Source of the DNA: Jimgerdemannia flammicorona
Lineage: Eukaryota
Assembly: GCA_003990765.1 (NCBI GenBank)
Contig: RBNJ01000247.1
Location: forward strand, 1-35,552
Length of the DNA stretch: 35,552 nucleotides
Direction: 5' to 3'
Shown here: positions 1-12,695 of the stretch, piece after piece
How positions within the stretch are numbered: position 1 is the first letter of the stretch
How the letters are laid out: every line of letters begins with the position of its first letter
The notes under the pieces: generated by a model
What the model was told of the DNA's origin: nothing
Database searches by the model: none
What the model saw: only the letters and a program-made list of their open reading frames with translations
Position numbers and translations under genes: made by a program

Positions 1-124
1 TGGAAGTCACTCAGCCAATCAGAGTTAGCCATTTTAATGATGTCACCCATTTTGATGATGTCATGACCAATCATAGTCTTCAAATTTTTGCAGGCAAATT
101 TGCCTGCGTTTGTCTACAGCCTAA
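1..124. mobile_element. Possible end of a PIF/Harbinger-like DNA transposon or MITE interrupting the LINE
   Basis: LINE ORF2-like coding stops near 125. The sequence ends GTTTGTCTACAGCC followed by TAA (122-124), i.e. a GGC-starting terminus next to a TAA/TTA trinucleotide. It includes an 18-bp perfect palindrome at 90-107. The other end is outside the window. Confidence 0.3.
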
Positions 125-1334
125 GGGATAAGCATCTAGGACTCTATCCCACTGATGTCTCACCCTCCTAGCTTTGAGCAGATGGGACAAATATCTAGTA
201 GGCCACTCACCCTCCTCAAGCCCCTGCCACCTTAGCCTAGCAGCCATACCTCGCATATGCACCTTCTTCTCTTCTCTCAACACCTGTTATAGTTCCATTA
301 TCTCCAATTTAATCCATGCTAACCTCCAATCCTCCACCCCATCAGAAGTAAGCAAACCTGCCCAATCTATTTGCAATCTCCTCAGCCTGTTGGAAGCACA
401 CCTTATGTACTTCCTCCTCTGTCTCCCAGCTTCTCTCCCAGCCTCTCCCCAATAGACCCTTACAGCCTCTTTCAATCTCATCCAATGGACACTCACTGAT
501 AAACCCTCACACCTCTAGCAAGAAATTTTCACCTGAATGTCCTCTACCCATAAATCCCACAACCTCTTCTCAGCCAGCAGGGAGGAGTTAAGGTGCCAAT
601 GTCTGGGTCCATCTCCACTCCCCCCAAACTGCCTCTGTCCCAACAGTCTCCAGTGATCAGACCATGGGCACCATTCCACCTCCAATGCCTTCCAGACATC
701 TGACCCCCAGCATTCTGCCATCAGAATCCAGTCAATTCTTGTACCTAAGCCATTCGCCCAATACGTGTAGACCCTGGAGTTGCCCCATCATGTTTTGCCC
801 ATATCTCCTAAGGAGCTCAGCCTCTCCACCTCCTCCCATGTATCCAGGCCTCCACTTCTCCCTCCTGAACTCCTCCCACCATCAGTTTGGTCCAGATGCT
901 GATCCCAAACCATATTAAAGTCTCCCCCAAGCACATCAACCCCCTTCTGCCAAGAGAATACCCTTCTCCAGCAGCTTCTTAATCTATGCAATCCTCTCAC
1001 CCCTAACTACAGGGCAGTAGCAAGAGCCAACTCTCACCATCTCTCACCCCAGCTGATGCCAATCTCCCCAGACCAAGCGATCACCCCAGCTCTCAATACC
1101 CCCCAAGTCTCCTCTACCCTTTCTCACCAGAATCGCTACTTTTTCAAACCAAGTAGTAGCCCCATCCCATTCTCTAGTCCACTCAACCCGATCATCCTCC
1201 TCCTCACACCAAATATCCTGCAGTAAAAAGAGATTGGTCTCCAATCCCTTGAGGTAATTAAAAATGTTCTTACACTGCCCAGATCTTCTTAGCCTATTCA
1301 CATTCAAAGAGAAAATGTTGGTTATACTGTTCAT
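125..1334 (-). pseudogene. LINE ORF2 N-terminus: APE-like endonuclease plus linker, decayed and truncated
   Basis: Motifs IFSLNVN (SLNVNG-like), FLLQD (LQET-like), VLGGDFN, SDH, and L1-type ARLRW..EGEWPTRY. Broken by stops and frameshifts. Confidence 0.9.
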
Positions 1335-1335
1335 A

Positions 1336-3408
1336 AGAAAAGAAAGGTTGTATCATGAACCCACTCTCTACAATTCTGCATCCCACTCTTCCTGCAACAA
1401 ATCCAAGTCATAATCAGCAGCTAGTTCCCTTTCACCAGCTTCCTGTGCCTCCAACCCTCCCAGAAGTTCCACCATTACCCCATCTTCATGCTCCTCAAAG
1501 TCCTCATGATATTCCTGACAGGCCTCCTGCCAGAACCACAAACTATGCCACTCCACCCAACAGTATGCCACCTGCTCACTAGTGACCACTGCCAGCTTGG
1601 CCCTCCTTACCTCATCAACCTCATATCCCTCCTTCTCTAGGAAAATCGAAAGAATCTCCCCTTTCAGTGCCTCCACCACTCCCTTGCTATGCAAAATCTG
1701 TACCCAATGCTCCTCAGGCATTACCTGCAGGTCCACTTCTCCCAAAGTCTCAGCTGTGAGGTTATCCATCACCTTGCTCATCCACAGCAAGTTCCCCACC
1801 TCCTTCCCTCCCAGAGTCCCTGGCCATCCTATGTCCAACATCATGGTGTCAGCCCCCACACTGGCAGCCTCATCCCACTCCTCCTCCAGGACATCCACCA
1901 GCTCATCCTTGCCAACTGCCACCACCTAACTCCCTTTTTCCACATCAGGGACTCCAAAATACACTCACTGGGCCCCCTTCATTGGTATATTCTCTGTTGT
2001 CTGTCTCTTTCCAGCTGGGCCCCTCCTGATAAGAGGGGGGGGAGTTGTATCCAGCTCTTGCTCCCAGACCTCAAAAGTGCCATCAGTATAGAGGTTCTTG
2101 CTCAGCATCTTTTCAGCCCCTTCCTTGCCTGCCTCCACCTCCCCAACCCCTTTACTCACCCAAACACTGGCTTTGACACCCCCAGACCCTTCAGCTCCCA
2201 CTGCCTTCTGCTTAGCCTCTACTTTTATACTCGCAAGTAGCTCTCTCTACCTCCTGTACCCCTGTGCCCTCTCTCACTGCTTCCTGTCAGTACGGATGCA
2301 TTTCCCATCCACAACCTCCAGATGTATTGACTCCTCATATATCTTCCAGGCCCTTGCCCTCCTCTCCACAGCTCCACTCATCTCCTCTAGCACCTCCAAT
2401 AAGTCCTCCTCCTTCTCCTCACTCCCCTTCACCCTTGACACCCTACAGATGAATATCCCTCACATCAGCACAGAAGACCAGTCACTTGCCTTCCCTGTAG
2501 CCTTCTTGTCTACCAGCCTAATCCTGACATCAATGTCATCCATCCTGATCATTGTCCCCTCCCATACCTGAAAGCCAATGTCCACCATATCACCATACTC
2601 AATCATCACCTCCTCCACCCTCTTCCTAATCTCCTCCTTAGTCACCATGAGCACCCCCTTCACCAGAAACTGCACCACCCTGAGGTCTTATCATAAGTAC
2701 TGCACCATTGGAACCACTACCTCCCCAACTATAACTCCAGTCTTCAGTGCCTCATCCAGTGGGCCTGCCTCCTCAAAGCCCACCTTGACCCCCTCCAGAC
2801 CCTTCAAGAACTTCACCGAGGCCGCCCCAGCCTCCTGCTTCAAAACAAGCCCCAGAACTATCCTTACCATCACCATCAAGCTCTGGAAGCACAAGGTCAC
2901 TGCAAACTCCAAGATCGACTTCTTGAGCAACAGGGTCACTGCCAGCCCTGTTACACCATCGACCAGGTCCCCCTTCTGCATCAGGAACCCCTGCCCCACC
3001 TGGCCATCAGCCATCACATCTTCTTTTTTTTTCCTGATTCCCCATTACACTCCCATCAACAGTCACACCCCCAGCCACAGCACCTCTAGCCCCTACACCT
3101 GCACTCCCAGCCAAAGCACCACCCCCCCTCCCAAAGTATGCCTTGCCCTTCCCCTCAGCAACACCAGTCCTAGTACCAGCTGGCCACCCACTCTCCTTAA
3201 CCTTGTCTGCAAAGCTTGGAAGACCAGATTGTCCCCTATTGCCACCAGACACTGGTCCCTCTCCAGAGTCTTCTCCACTCTTTAGCCCTCTGAAGGCCCC
3301 TATCCCCAGGCCATAACCCCTCCCCACCTGCTGCCAGTCAAAGGCCCTAGGTCCACCTGACCTAGTATATGCACCTGTATATTCATCGCTTTCTATATTG
3401 CTAGTCAT
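1336..3408 (-). pseudogene. LINE ORF1 (putative RNA-binding protein), decayed
   Basis: Chain of minus-strand ORF fragments (3007-3408, 2691-3017, 2460-2678, 1965-2201, 1368-1925) directly upstream of the ORF2 ATG. No diagnostic motif was recognised, so the call rests on position. Confidence 0.7.
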
Positions 3409-3485
3409 CTTTCACCAAAAACATTGTTGAAAGTATTGCCTGAGTCTTGTGTCACCTGAATGTTACTGGTGAAAGGTGAGGAATA

Positions 3486-4163
3486 CTATGTATTCAATAT
3501 ATTTATAGTTAAGTTCTTATACTATATCAGCAATTTGGCCATAAGATAGAGTAGCAACTATTTTGGTAGTAATAACTTAAAGGTAGAGAATAAAGGTACT
3601 GTATTTATAGAAGAGTTCTTAGTATTTGTAGACAATGAGTTTCTAGTGTTGAGATGTCTGGGTAATATCTATGTCATAGTGATGTTCAACCATATCTTCT
3701 AGGAGGCAGCCAATCTGATAGTAGCTTGAGATTTGTTCAATTCAGTAGACTTTACTAAGCATATTTAGGACATTTTATTAGACTTCTACAAAATAGAGAG
3801 GTGCCAGGCTATGGATATTTATGAAGGACAGAGGGAGTGTGGCTTGGTTGACAATGGCATTCCAAATATCAGCATAGATATAGTTATAGATCTCAGTAGT
3901 CATGTTTGTATATATGTTTAAGAATTAAGATTGTTTGTTTGATTTATTGTGGTTCTCTGTTTCAATGCATCTGAGTACTCAATATATATATATTTGGTCC
4001 TGATTGGTAAGATTCTATTTGTGTAAATCTTATATTCTATGACTTTGAATTGACTTAGCTTTATACTCTATAACTTTGGTTTAACTCAGCTTCATGATCT
4101 TATATATAATTTTCAGATTTATTCAGAGGTAACATGTAATTTCAGTGGCTTGGAGGTTGTGTG
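3486..4163 (-). repeat. E0: 5' part of an old type-A LTR in inverted orientation
   Basis: Reverse complement aligns with the first ~680 bp of the type-A LTRs. Its terminal 6 nt are displaced to 34532-34537 by the E1 insertion. Confidence 0.9.
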
Positions 4164-4285
4164 TATAAGCACACAATCTCTAAGTCACTAAAATCACATG
4201 TCACTCTCTGAACAAGCTACTGGAATCATATGTGACCTTCAAACAAATCTGGAAATCACCTGCAAAATTACAAAGCTGAGTCAAT

Positions 4286-5517
4286 ATAAAGTCACAGAAC
4301 ATAAGATTTATATAAATGAGATCTTACCAATCAGAACTAAATATATATATACTAAGCACCAAGATATGTTAAAACAGAGAGCTAAAACAAACAACAATTA
4401 CAAACTTCTGAACATATATAAATATGACCACTGAGATCTACAACTGTATCCATACTAACATTTAGAATACTATTATCAATTGAGCCACACCCCCTCTGCC
4501 CCTTATGAATATCCATAGTCTAGCACCCCTCTACTTCATGAAAGCTCAATGGAATGCCCTGAACATACTTAGTGAGACCTACCAAATCAGATAAATCTCA
4601 AGCTACTATCAGATTGACTGCCTCCTGAAAGACATAATTGAACATCACTATGATATAGACATTACCCAGATGTCTCAACACCAGAAACTCATTGTCCACA
4701 ATCAAGAACTCTTTTACAAGTATAGCACTGTTATTTCCCACCTCTGAGTCATGACCACTAAAATGATTACTATTCTATCCTATAGCCAAATAAATGATAT
4801 AACATAAGAACTCAACCACAAGTATCTTGAATATGTTCAGACCATAGATAGAACCTTCCTGCATCTCAATGACCATATTCTGCAAATACCTCAAGTCAGA
4901 TATGCTATAAAGGACATCTATGATATAATCTGATTTAATGAAGACAAAGCAGAAGACAATAATCCCTCTGATACTGATATGACCTCAAGCCAAAGATTCC
5001 TGCCAACTCTGATCATACTGCCAACCTTACTAATGAACTTACAACAGTTCATAACCACCTATGAGACCTATTGGGATAATAACCACTGATATAAATATCA
5101 ACCTGCATTCACTTCCAATTACTTCAACTATAAGAAGAGACTGGAGAACACAATCTGTACCTACAGATAACTCTCAAGATTGAATCAACCACTCTACTAT
5201 CTGAGTATGAGTGATATGAACTATAGCTGCCAGCTTACTACAACCCTATGACTCATAGTGCTGTAACCTATAGAAGGTATGCAGACAGCAAATCTAATAG
5301 AAGTGAAGATAATACACTACTCCTTCACCCACCAACTCTATATCTAGTATATGAGATCAACAATGCTATCCTATAGGATGGTGATGAAGTCCCAATATAT
5401 TATTACCTCAGCAAACAAAGAGAGTTAATTCATAAACAACTCTTCCTAGATGAATACTTCATCAGAGATGAAATCATCAATAGTGATATCATCGAAGACT
5501 ACCCAGATAGTATCTAA
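4286..5517 (+). pseudogene. U3-encoded ORF-A, decayed copy
   Basis: Collinear with the better-preserved frame at 28702-29934. Confidence 0.7.
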
Positions 5518-5679
5518 ATCTATAGATTAGCCTTGTATGATATGACTGTGAACTGACTCAGCAGTCAGATGATCTCTTGACATATCAGATCACACTTATA
5601 CTATATAACTATATTCCAACTCAGTAAGACACTAAGTGTTATATCCATATCTAGTATAGCCCAGATAACTTCTTACTAG

Positions 5680-5687
5680 TATAAATA
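5680..5687 (+). promoter_or_regulatory. LTR TATA box (TATAAATA)
   Basis: Conserved in every complete LTR copy, about 130 bp upstream of a conserved AATAAA. Confidence 0.65.
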
Positions 5688-5811
5688 CCCCCTCCCCCAG
5701 ACCTCAGAATCTCAGATTTGAACACTTGAACAATCTGAATACAACCCCTGAACACTTCCCATAATATCTCTTTATACAACTACTTTTAGTATAGCAATAT
5801 TATAAATAGTA

Positions 5812-5817
5812 AATAAA
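5812..5817 (+). terminator. LTR polyadenylation signal AATAAA
   Basis: AATAAACCTATT is conserved in all complete LTR copies, downstream of the TATA box as expected for the R region. Confidence 0.55.
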
Positions 5818-6168
5818 CCTATTTAATAACTCATAAATCACTTTTAAGTAAATCTGCTCTCCATTAGATCCCACTCCTAACCCTATTACGAAATTTCCTA
5901 ATTAGGTATTGTCTACAGTGATACACCAATTCAACTAAGCTGGTCTTAGTCTCTTGAACTTTCTAAAATATGAAAAATTCTGAATATCCAGAACAGGATT
6001 TTGGTTGAGATGTCAACCTGAACTTGAAATCAATAAGCATAGAGGACATACTCCATATGAAATTGATCTTGACCTTAAGAAAACAGTCTCTCAGAATATT
6101 CAGAACTTCTAGAAAACCCTTCCAGAACTATGTAACAGTTACTCTAACAAGTAAACTCTCTTACAACT

Positions 6169-6182
6169 TGGTAGTAGTAGTT
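6169..6182 (+). promoter_or_regulatory. Primer-binding site (TGGTAG..., possibly tRNA-iMet type)
   Basis: TGGTAGTAG(C/T)AGTT lies 3 nt after the LTR end. Equivalent sites occur in E2 (~15500) and E3 (~27844-27858, minus). tRNA identity not verified. Confidence 0.6.
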
Positions 6183-7126
6183 CACAATCCAATTCTACTT
6201 CAAAATACTTTCTCACTCTACTATAAACTTCTCTGAGAATTCCTACAAGTTAGTATAAAGCCCAACCTCTGAACTGGAATTTATCCTGAACTATCTGACA
6301 ATCTGGAGAGAATTGAACCTGATGTATAAGGATAATTTGACCTCCACACCTGCAACAAGTGGGACAAACTTCATTAGAAGAAAGAAGTACTCCAGTTAAA
6401 TCAGCAGATAGATGAAACCCTATTCACTGAACTTCTTGCTCTACATCCTGCAAGTCAAGATAAAGAAGGTCTTATAGAAGTCTTCTTTACCCTTCTCAAT
6501 AAGAGGTTTATCAGCTCTACAAATTCAAGTGACCTAGGACAACTATCAGTAGTCTTTCTAGCCTTAGTTCCTTATGAAGCCCAAGCCTCTGTAGCTAAGT
6601 AGCTCAACTCTACCAACTTTCACTATATCAGGACCAAGACTGCATTATACTACTGATTCCAGAACAGTAAGGCCCACCATATTCTTAAGAAAGAAGTATG
6701 ATAAACCCTTCATCAACAACCTGACCCTGAATCTAAAGCAGGTCCTGCTACTACTCTACCTGAATCTGAAACCAATACTGAACCAGAACTTGACTTCAAA
6801 TTAAGTCTATCTAAAATCAGATATACAACTGATTCTGTCTACTTTGACACTGAGCAAACCCAATTACACAGGGACCAAACCAAAGAAGAAAATGAATATC
6901 TCAGTGAATTTGATCCAGATATACCACTGAAGAAGATATATCTCTATCAGGACAGAATACATCTATACAGTAACAAATAACTACCTATCAAGCCCTCACT
7001 CCAGACCTACAACTACTACTCTAGCAACTTACACAGACTCAAAGGACACCCTCACACTCTGCATCAATACCTCAAGTAGTACCAGTAACACTACTACCAG
7101 TAGTCCAACCACCTCCAGTAAACAAT

Positions 7127-10100
7127 ATGGCAAATCAACAGATTCTAGATCTTATAATCCAGATAGCCATAATGGCAGCAATCATTACTGCCTTAGCTAA
7201 ACAAACCTGATCTACTAAAAATCTAAGCCTACCTACCTTCAATGGTACTGTACAAGAAGTCCAAAGCTTTATTAGTATAGTTGATCCCAACTTTGAAGCC
7301 AATCAATGGACAAATGAGCAAGTTGCCAACTGCCTCCTGATAAATAATCAAGACCACACTCTGGAACAACTCTTTGCTACTACTACAGTCTATGTCTGAC
7401 AAGTTGTTATATTCTTCTGAGGACCTGCTGAAGAATGGTGGCAAACCCTTTTTGAAAAACCCCTCACTTAGGACACCTGACCTGCAGTTGTTGCCCAAAA
7501 TACAGCAAATAATGCCCCAGGATATAGAGTCTATCCTGCAGCCCCTGGACTGAAACAACTCATGATTGCTCAATACTACAGCAAAACTATGATTGCCAAA
7601 TCCCAAGTAAAACTCCACAACCTCAAATTTGATATACATGGTAAGGAAGAATTTGAAACCTTCTATACAAAACTCAAGTCACTCCTGAACACTATTGGCC
7701 TAGGATATATTACCAATGATGAAGCATGAAATGGTACAAGAGCAGACCATCTATTTGATGTACTATCAGAATGGCTTACAAGAAAGATCCAAGAACAAGG
7801 ATACCCAGTTGGTTGTGATCACCAACAATGATACCTAGTAAGAATCAAGACTATAGTCAAGCAAATTCTAACAGCTAGACCAATTCTGCCCCAAAGACAA
7901 TTCAACAATAAGAAAAAGACTTAGACCAAGAAAGAAGAACCCAAGCATGAAGTATCTAGAGCTCCCTTAACATCCACCTCATAGATATCTAAAAATCATA
8001 AATCTACTCAGCTGAGTACTTTCAAGAAACTCACCAAAGGAGAAAGAAATAAACTTTAAAGAAGTGGAGCATACTTCTATTGCCAAAAGACAGGACACAT
8101 GGCCAGTGCTTTCTCCAACCAAAAAACCTGAACAGCAATATGAGCAACTGTTACTACTCTATACCACCTCAATAATCTAACTACCAGAACACTGGACTTT
8201 GTCAAGTTAAGACAAAATGCCAAGGCCCCAATCAAAGGAAGTCAAAAAGTAGCTGGATATGACCTATATGCAGCTAAAGAAGCTACAGTTTCCAACCAAG
8301 AAGTCAAGCAAGTCTACACAGAAATCAGCATCCAAATCTCTGAAGGACATATTGGAAGAATATGCTATTACAACAGCCTAGTACTGAAAGGACTCTCAGT
8401 AGAAAGAGGAGTCATTGATAAAGATTATACAGGTGAAATTATTATCCTCATCTGAAACTATAGTTGGATACTCTTCAAGATCCCTATTGGTTTCTGTATC
8501 ACTCAGATCCTATTTGCGAAAATTGAGTCAACTCTGATAGTCAAGAAAGTCTCTGAACTACTACCTACCATCCAAGGATCCAAAGGATTTGGCTCATCAA
8601 ACAAGGCCCCAGCCCAACCTACTATAAATAAAGAAGAACAATTCTATAAGAAAATTGAAGAAAGTTATGTACCAAGTGGCTGATGTCTCTATGGCATTGG
8701 AATATACTCTTCCCAAATGATTGATAATTACTTCTCTTGTATCAATGAACTGGCTCAAAGAAGAACCAATATAAGGAAAGCTCCTATAACTGAAATCACC
8801 ACTATTGGATCAAACAAACTACTTATACTTCAAGCTTTTGTCAACTGAGTACCTGTCAAGATTATGATAGATAGTGGTACCTCAGGCAACTTTATTAATA
8901 AAGAAACAGTCAACAGACTTAAGGTCTTCATCTCTCCAGTACAACAAACTCAAGCAGTGACCACAGCTGATGGAATCTCTCATATTATCAGCAACGAAGT
9001 CTGCAATCTACTCTTCTGAATTGGTGACTACTGAGTATATATTACTCTGCAGATTGTACCACTTCCTGATAATAAAATCATCCTTGGAACCCTATGGTTG
9101 AAATAAGAGAACCCCATGATTAATTGGATAAATCATTCTCTGACCATAGGAAAGGATGCCACAACTTCAAATTATAAGGTGAAAAGGACCCACTCAGCTC
9201 TAGTGACCCTAGACCAAAGATCATCCACATAAATAAGCTATAGCTTAAGAAATTGATCAAGAAATGTCCTCTCTTTGCTATCTCTGTCTGTCCATCCAAA
9301 GGAGAACCTAAGAACTCTAAAGAAGACTTTTCCAAAGTTGACAGCTATGTTAGATCCCTACTCCAGAAATTCTGAGACATATTTCCAAAGAAACTCCTGA
9401 AAGGCCTACCTCTTAAATAAGCAGTAGACCATGCTATCAAGACTATTCCAGATGCCAAGCCAGCCTTCAAGTCAATCTACAACATGTCTCCAAGAGAAAT
9501 CAATATACTCAAGAAAGAAATCAATAAACTCCTAGAACAAGGATTCATCAGACCCAGTGTATTACCCTATAGTATACCAGTTCTCTTTGTTGTCAAGAAA
9601 GGAGAAGACCTGTAAATGTACATTGATTACTGTGACCTCAATGAATAGACCATCAAAAACTATTACCCACTACCCAGAATCGATAAAATATTCAATAGAC
9701 TTACCAACCTACAATTCATGAGCTCTTTTGATCTGTGAAATAGTTACTGGTAAATTACCATAAAAGAAGAAGATATCTACAAGACAGCCTTCCAAACTCA
9801 CTATAGACACTTCGAGTTCCTGGTTATGCTCTTTGGCTTAACTAATGCTCCTGCAACCATCCAGACCCTAATGAATACTATCCTGTACCTATATCTAGAC
9901 AAATTCATTGTTGTCTACATTGATGATACATATCCTAGTTTTCAGCAAAACCCTGGAGGAATATCTCAAACACCTTGAACTAGTGCTACTGAAACTCTGA
10001 GAAAACCAACTTTTCACAAAACTTAGCAAATGTGAATTTCTCCTAAAAGAAATTCAATTCCTTAGACACATTATCATGCTGAATGGAATCAAAGTGAACC

Positions 10101-12262
10101 TTAGCAAAATCTCTGCAATCAAGAATTGGCCCAGACCAAAGAAGCTGAAAGACCTCTAGTCATTCCTGAGATTAGCAAACTATTATAGACAATTTGTTGC
10201 TAACTTTACTAAGATTGCTACTGCCCTGATCCAAATGACCAAGTACAGCAAGAAAGAAGAATAGCCCTGGACTATGAAATAAGAAAAAGACTTCAACAAT
10301 CTTGTAAATTGGGGACCTGAGCAAGATACCACCTTTTAAGCACTAAAGGATACCTTGATAACTACCCCAGTACTTTAAGCAGTAAACTCTGCCCTACTAT
10401 ATAAAGTTACTACTGATGCCTCTGACCTAATCCTTGGAGCAGTGCTTATGCAAGAAGGACACTCTATGACCTATCACTCTCAAAAGTTCAATGATGCTGA
10501 AATCAACTATGTAACTCACAAGAAGGAAATATTAGCTATTATAGACACTCTGATCAAATAGTGACCATATCTAAAAGGAGTACACTTCACTATATTAACT
10601 GACCACAAGTCATTAGTCAATATCAAGACCCAGACTACTCTTTCCTGAAAGCAAGCCAGATGGATGAAAGTCCTCACCAACTTTGACTATGACATCCAGT
10701 ATTGCCCTGGCAAGGAAAACATTGTTGCTGATATAATCTCAAGACCACCAATCAAAGAAGTTATCTAAACTCTCACCTTGGTTACCAATACTATCATGGA
10801 ATAAATTATTGTAGTATGTACTGATAATAAAGAAGCTCAAGCACTTCGAGAAGTCTTAAATAGTGATGATGCTAACAAGTACATCCAGTACAACCAATAT
10901 CAACTCAAGGATAATACTATCTACTATAAGGACAGATTGTATATTCCAAATAACTGAGACCTCTAAAGAACTATCCTATTTGAATATCATGATGCCCCTA
11001 CTGCTGGATATTTAGGATTTGACAAATACTATAAAGTTATCTCCCAGAACTTCTATTGGCCCTGCATGGCAGATCAGCTCAAGATCTACATTACTTCTTG
11101 TGATGTCTATCAATATAATAAGTCCTCAACACTAGCAAAACCTGGCCTACTCCACTCTATCCCAGGACCATCCACTAATTGGGAACAAATCTCCATAGAC
11201 TTTATTGTACAACTACCCCAGACTAAGAATGAGAAAGATACAATTATTGTCTTCATGGACTATCTCAGCAAACAAGCCTACTTTGTGCTAACTACTACTA
11301 TTATAATAGTACCAGATATAGCTACACTCTTGTTTGACAACATCTTCTGCTATTATGGTCTTCCTAAGATCATTATTAGTAACTGAGATCTAAAATTCAC
11401 CAGCCATTTCTGAAAAGTCCTCTATATATACCTTGGAACAAAACTTGCACTATCCACAGCCTTTCACCCTGAGACAGATGGCCAAACTAAAAGAATGAAC
11501 TGAACTCTGGAACAAATACTAAGAAACTATGTTTCCTATAGATAAGATGATTGGCATGAACACCTCACTATAGTCAAGTTTGCCTACAATAACAATAAGT
11601 AAGCCTCTCTTGGAATGACCCCATTCTTTGCCAACACTAGACAAAATCCAAATACTCCTCTGACACTTATCTAAACTACTGATGAACCCTCCACAGTTGA
11701 AGCCATTGAAGAATTCCTACTCTAAATGTACAATCTAAGCCAAATTGTAATTGAGAATTTATCATGAGCTCAAGAACAACAGTCATAGTATGTTAACCAA
11801 TACTGCTGAGAAGAAATCTTTGATATTAGAGAAAAAATTCTACTAGATATCTGAGGATACTGAGTTAACAATCTCAAGCACAGACCATCTACAAAGCTGA
11901 ATAGCAAGTTTATTGGACCATTCAAAGTTATTGCACAAATCTCTCCAACCTCCTACAAATTGGTACTACCAGATACCATTAAGGTCCACCCAGTCTTCAA
12001 TGTCCAACATCTCAAATGATATATTGAAAATAATGACAAGCTATTCCCAAACTGAACCACCAAACCACCTGTACCTGTCATTATTAATGACTAAGAAGAA
12101 TATGAAGTTAAACAAATCCTCAACAAATATGGCCATAAGAACCACCCTGAGTATCTTATCTAATAGAAAGGTTACTTGATCCATAATGCAACATGGGAAC
12201 CCAAGGCCAATCTCCAGAATACAACTGACTTAGTTCAGAAATATGATTCCTTAAACAACTAA
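7127..12262 (+). pseudogene. E1 gag-pol polyprotein (Gag-CCHC-dUTPase-PR-RT-RNaseH-IN-chromodomain), decayed
   Basis: Gag LPTFNG; protease IDSG (~8865); [26 protein letters not shown] (~9915); RNase H TDASD, TDHKSL; integrase ISIDFI, FHPETDGQT; chromodomain EEYEV.QIL..YL..KGY...ATWEP. Many transition-derived stops. Confidence 0.95.
8190..8600 (+). pseudogene. dut: dUTPase domain in E1
   Basis: AGYDLY, GVIDKDYTGEI, TQI and GSKGFGSS motifs of trimeric dUTPases. Confidence 0.9.
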
Positions 12263-12695
12263 AACTGAATACTCTGCACCTATCAGTACATACTATATAT
12301 TACCCTCCTGAACATTATAACTATTATGAACAAAATCTAGAACTCAGCAAATTAAGACAAAAGAATACCAACTCTCTGAAAAAATACCAAAACTGAAAGC
12401 AAGTCTATTCTTCCCATATCACTGGTGGGAAATAAGGCATAGACATTTAAGAAGATTTCTTAAAGAAAATTCTCCAGCAGTGAATAACATCAGAATCACT
12501 TCCAGTGTATGGTATTAAATATATGACCCTTTAATGTATGAATCCAATGTATTAGACAACTATACTACAAGCATACCACTTTTTGAGAAAAATGGACTTC
12601 ATCAGACTTTTGACCTCCCAAATGATATAACAACACTAGAACAAATTAGAAGGCCCCAACAAGGATATCAAAAGCTAAGAAGGGGAGAGTTGTAA
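12243..12695 (+). pseudogene. E1 extra ORF3 (~150 codons) between pol and 3' LTR, unknown function
   Basis: ATG overlaps the end of pol, and the frame ends at the TAA inside the LTR's TGTAAG. Collinear with 31839-32292. Confidence 0.55.
12677..12689 (+). promoter_or_regulatory. Polypurine tract of E1
   Basis: AAGAAGGGGAGAG lies 1 nt before the 3' LTR. The same tract occurs in E2 (~32274-32286) and E3 (~24469-24481, minus). Confidence 0.9.

Larger units (their letters stand above)
125..3485 (-). mobile_element. L1/Tx1-like non-LTR retrotransposon, 5' half (5' UTR, ORF1, endonuclease part of ORF2), abutting or inserted in LTR E0
   Basis: G-rich minus strand, with a long ORF1 followed immediately by APE endonuclease motifs. 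Composition matches the LINE at 16787-18562. The 5' boundary is approximate. Confidence 0.85.
4164..6165 (+). repeat. E1 5' LTR, type A (~2.0 kb)
   Basis: T(G>A)TAAG...CTTACA termini. Direct repeat of 12691-14002 + 33788-34526 and of E4. Confidence 0.95.

Noticed and set aside
174..3285. Long plus-strand Ser/Pro/Thr-rich ORFs (e.g. 2578-3285, 1689-2240, 2098-2571)
   Set aside because: Antisense shadows of the G-rich LINE coding strand, with no domain motifs.
3486..6165. DIRS-like or TIR element suggested by inverted LTR copies
   Set aside because: Fully explained by opposite-orientation insertion with a TSD. A DDE integrase is present and no tyrosine recombinase was seen.
12243..12695. ORF3 as an envelope gene
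   Set aside because: Too short, with no signal peptide, fusion peptide or transmembrane segment visible.
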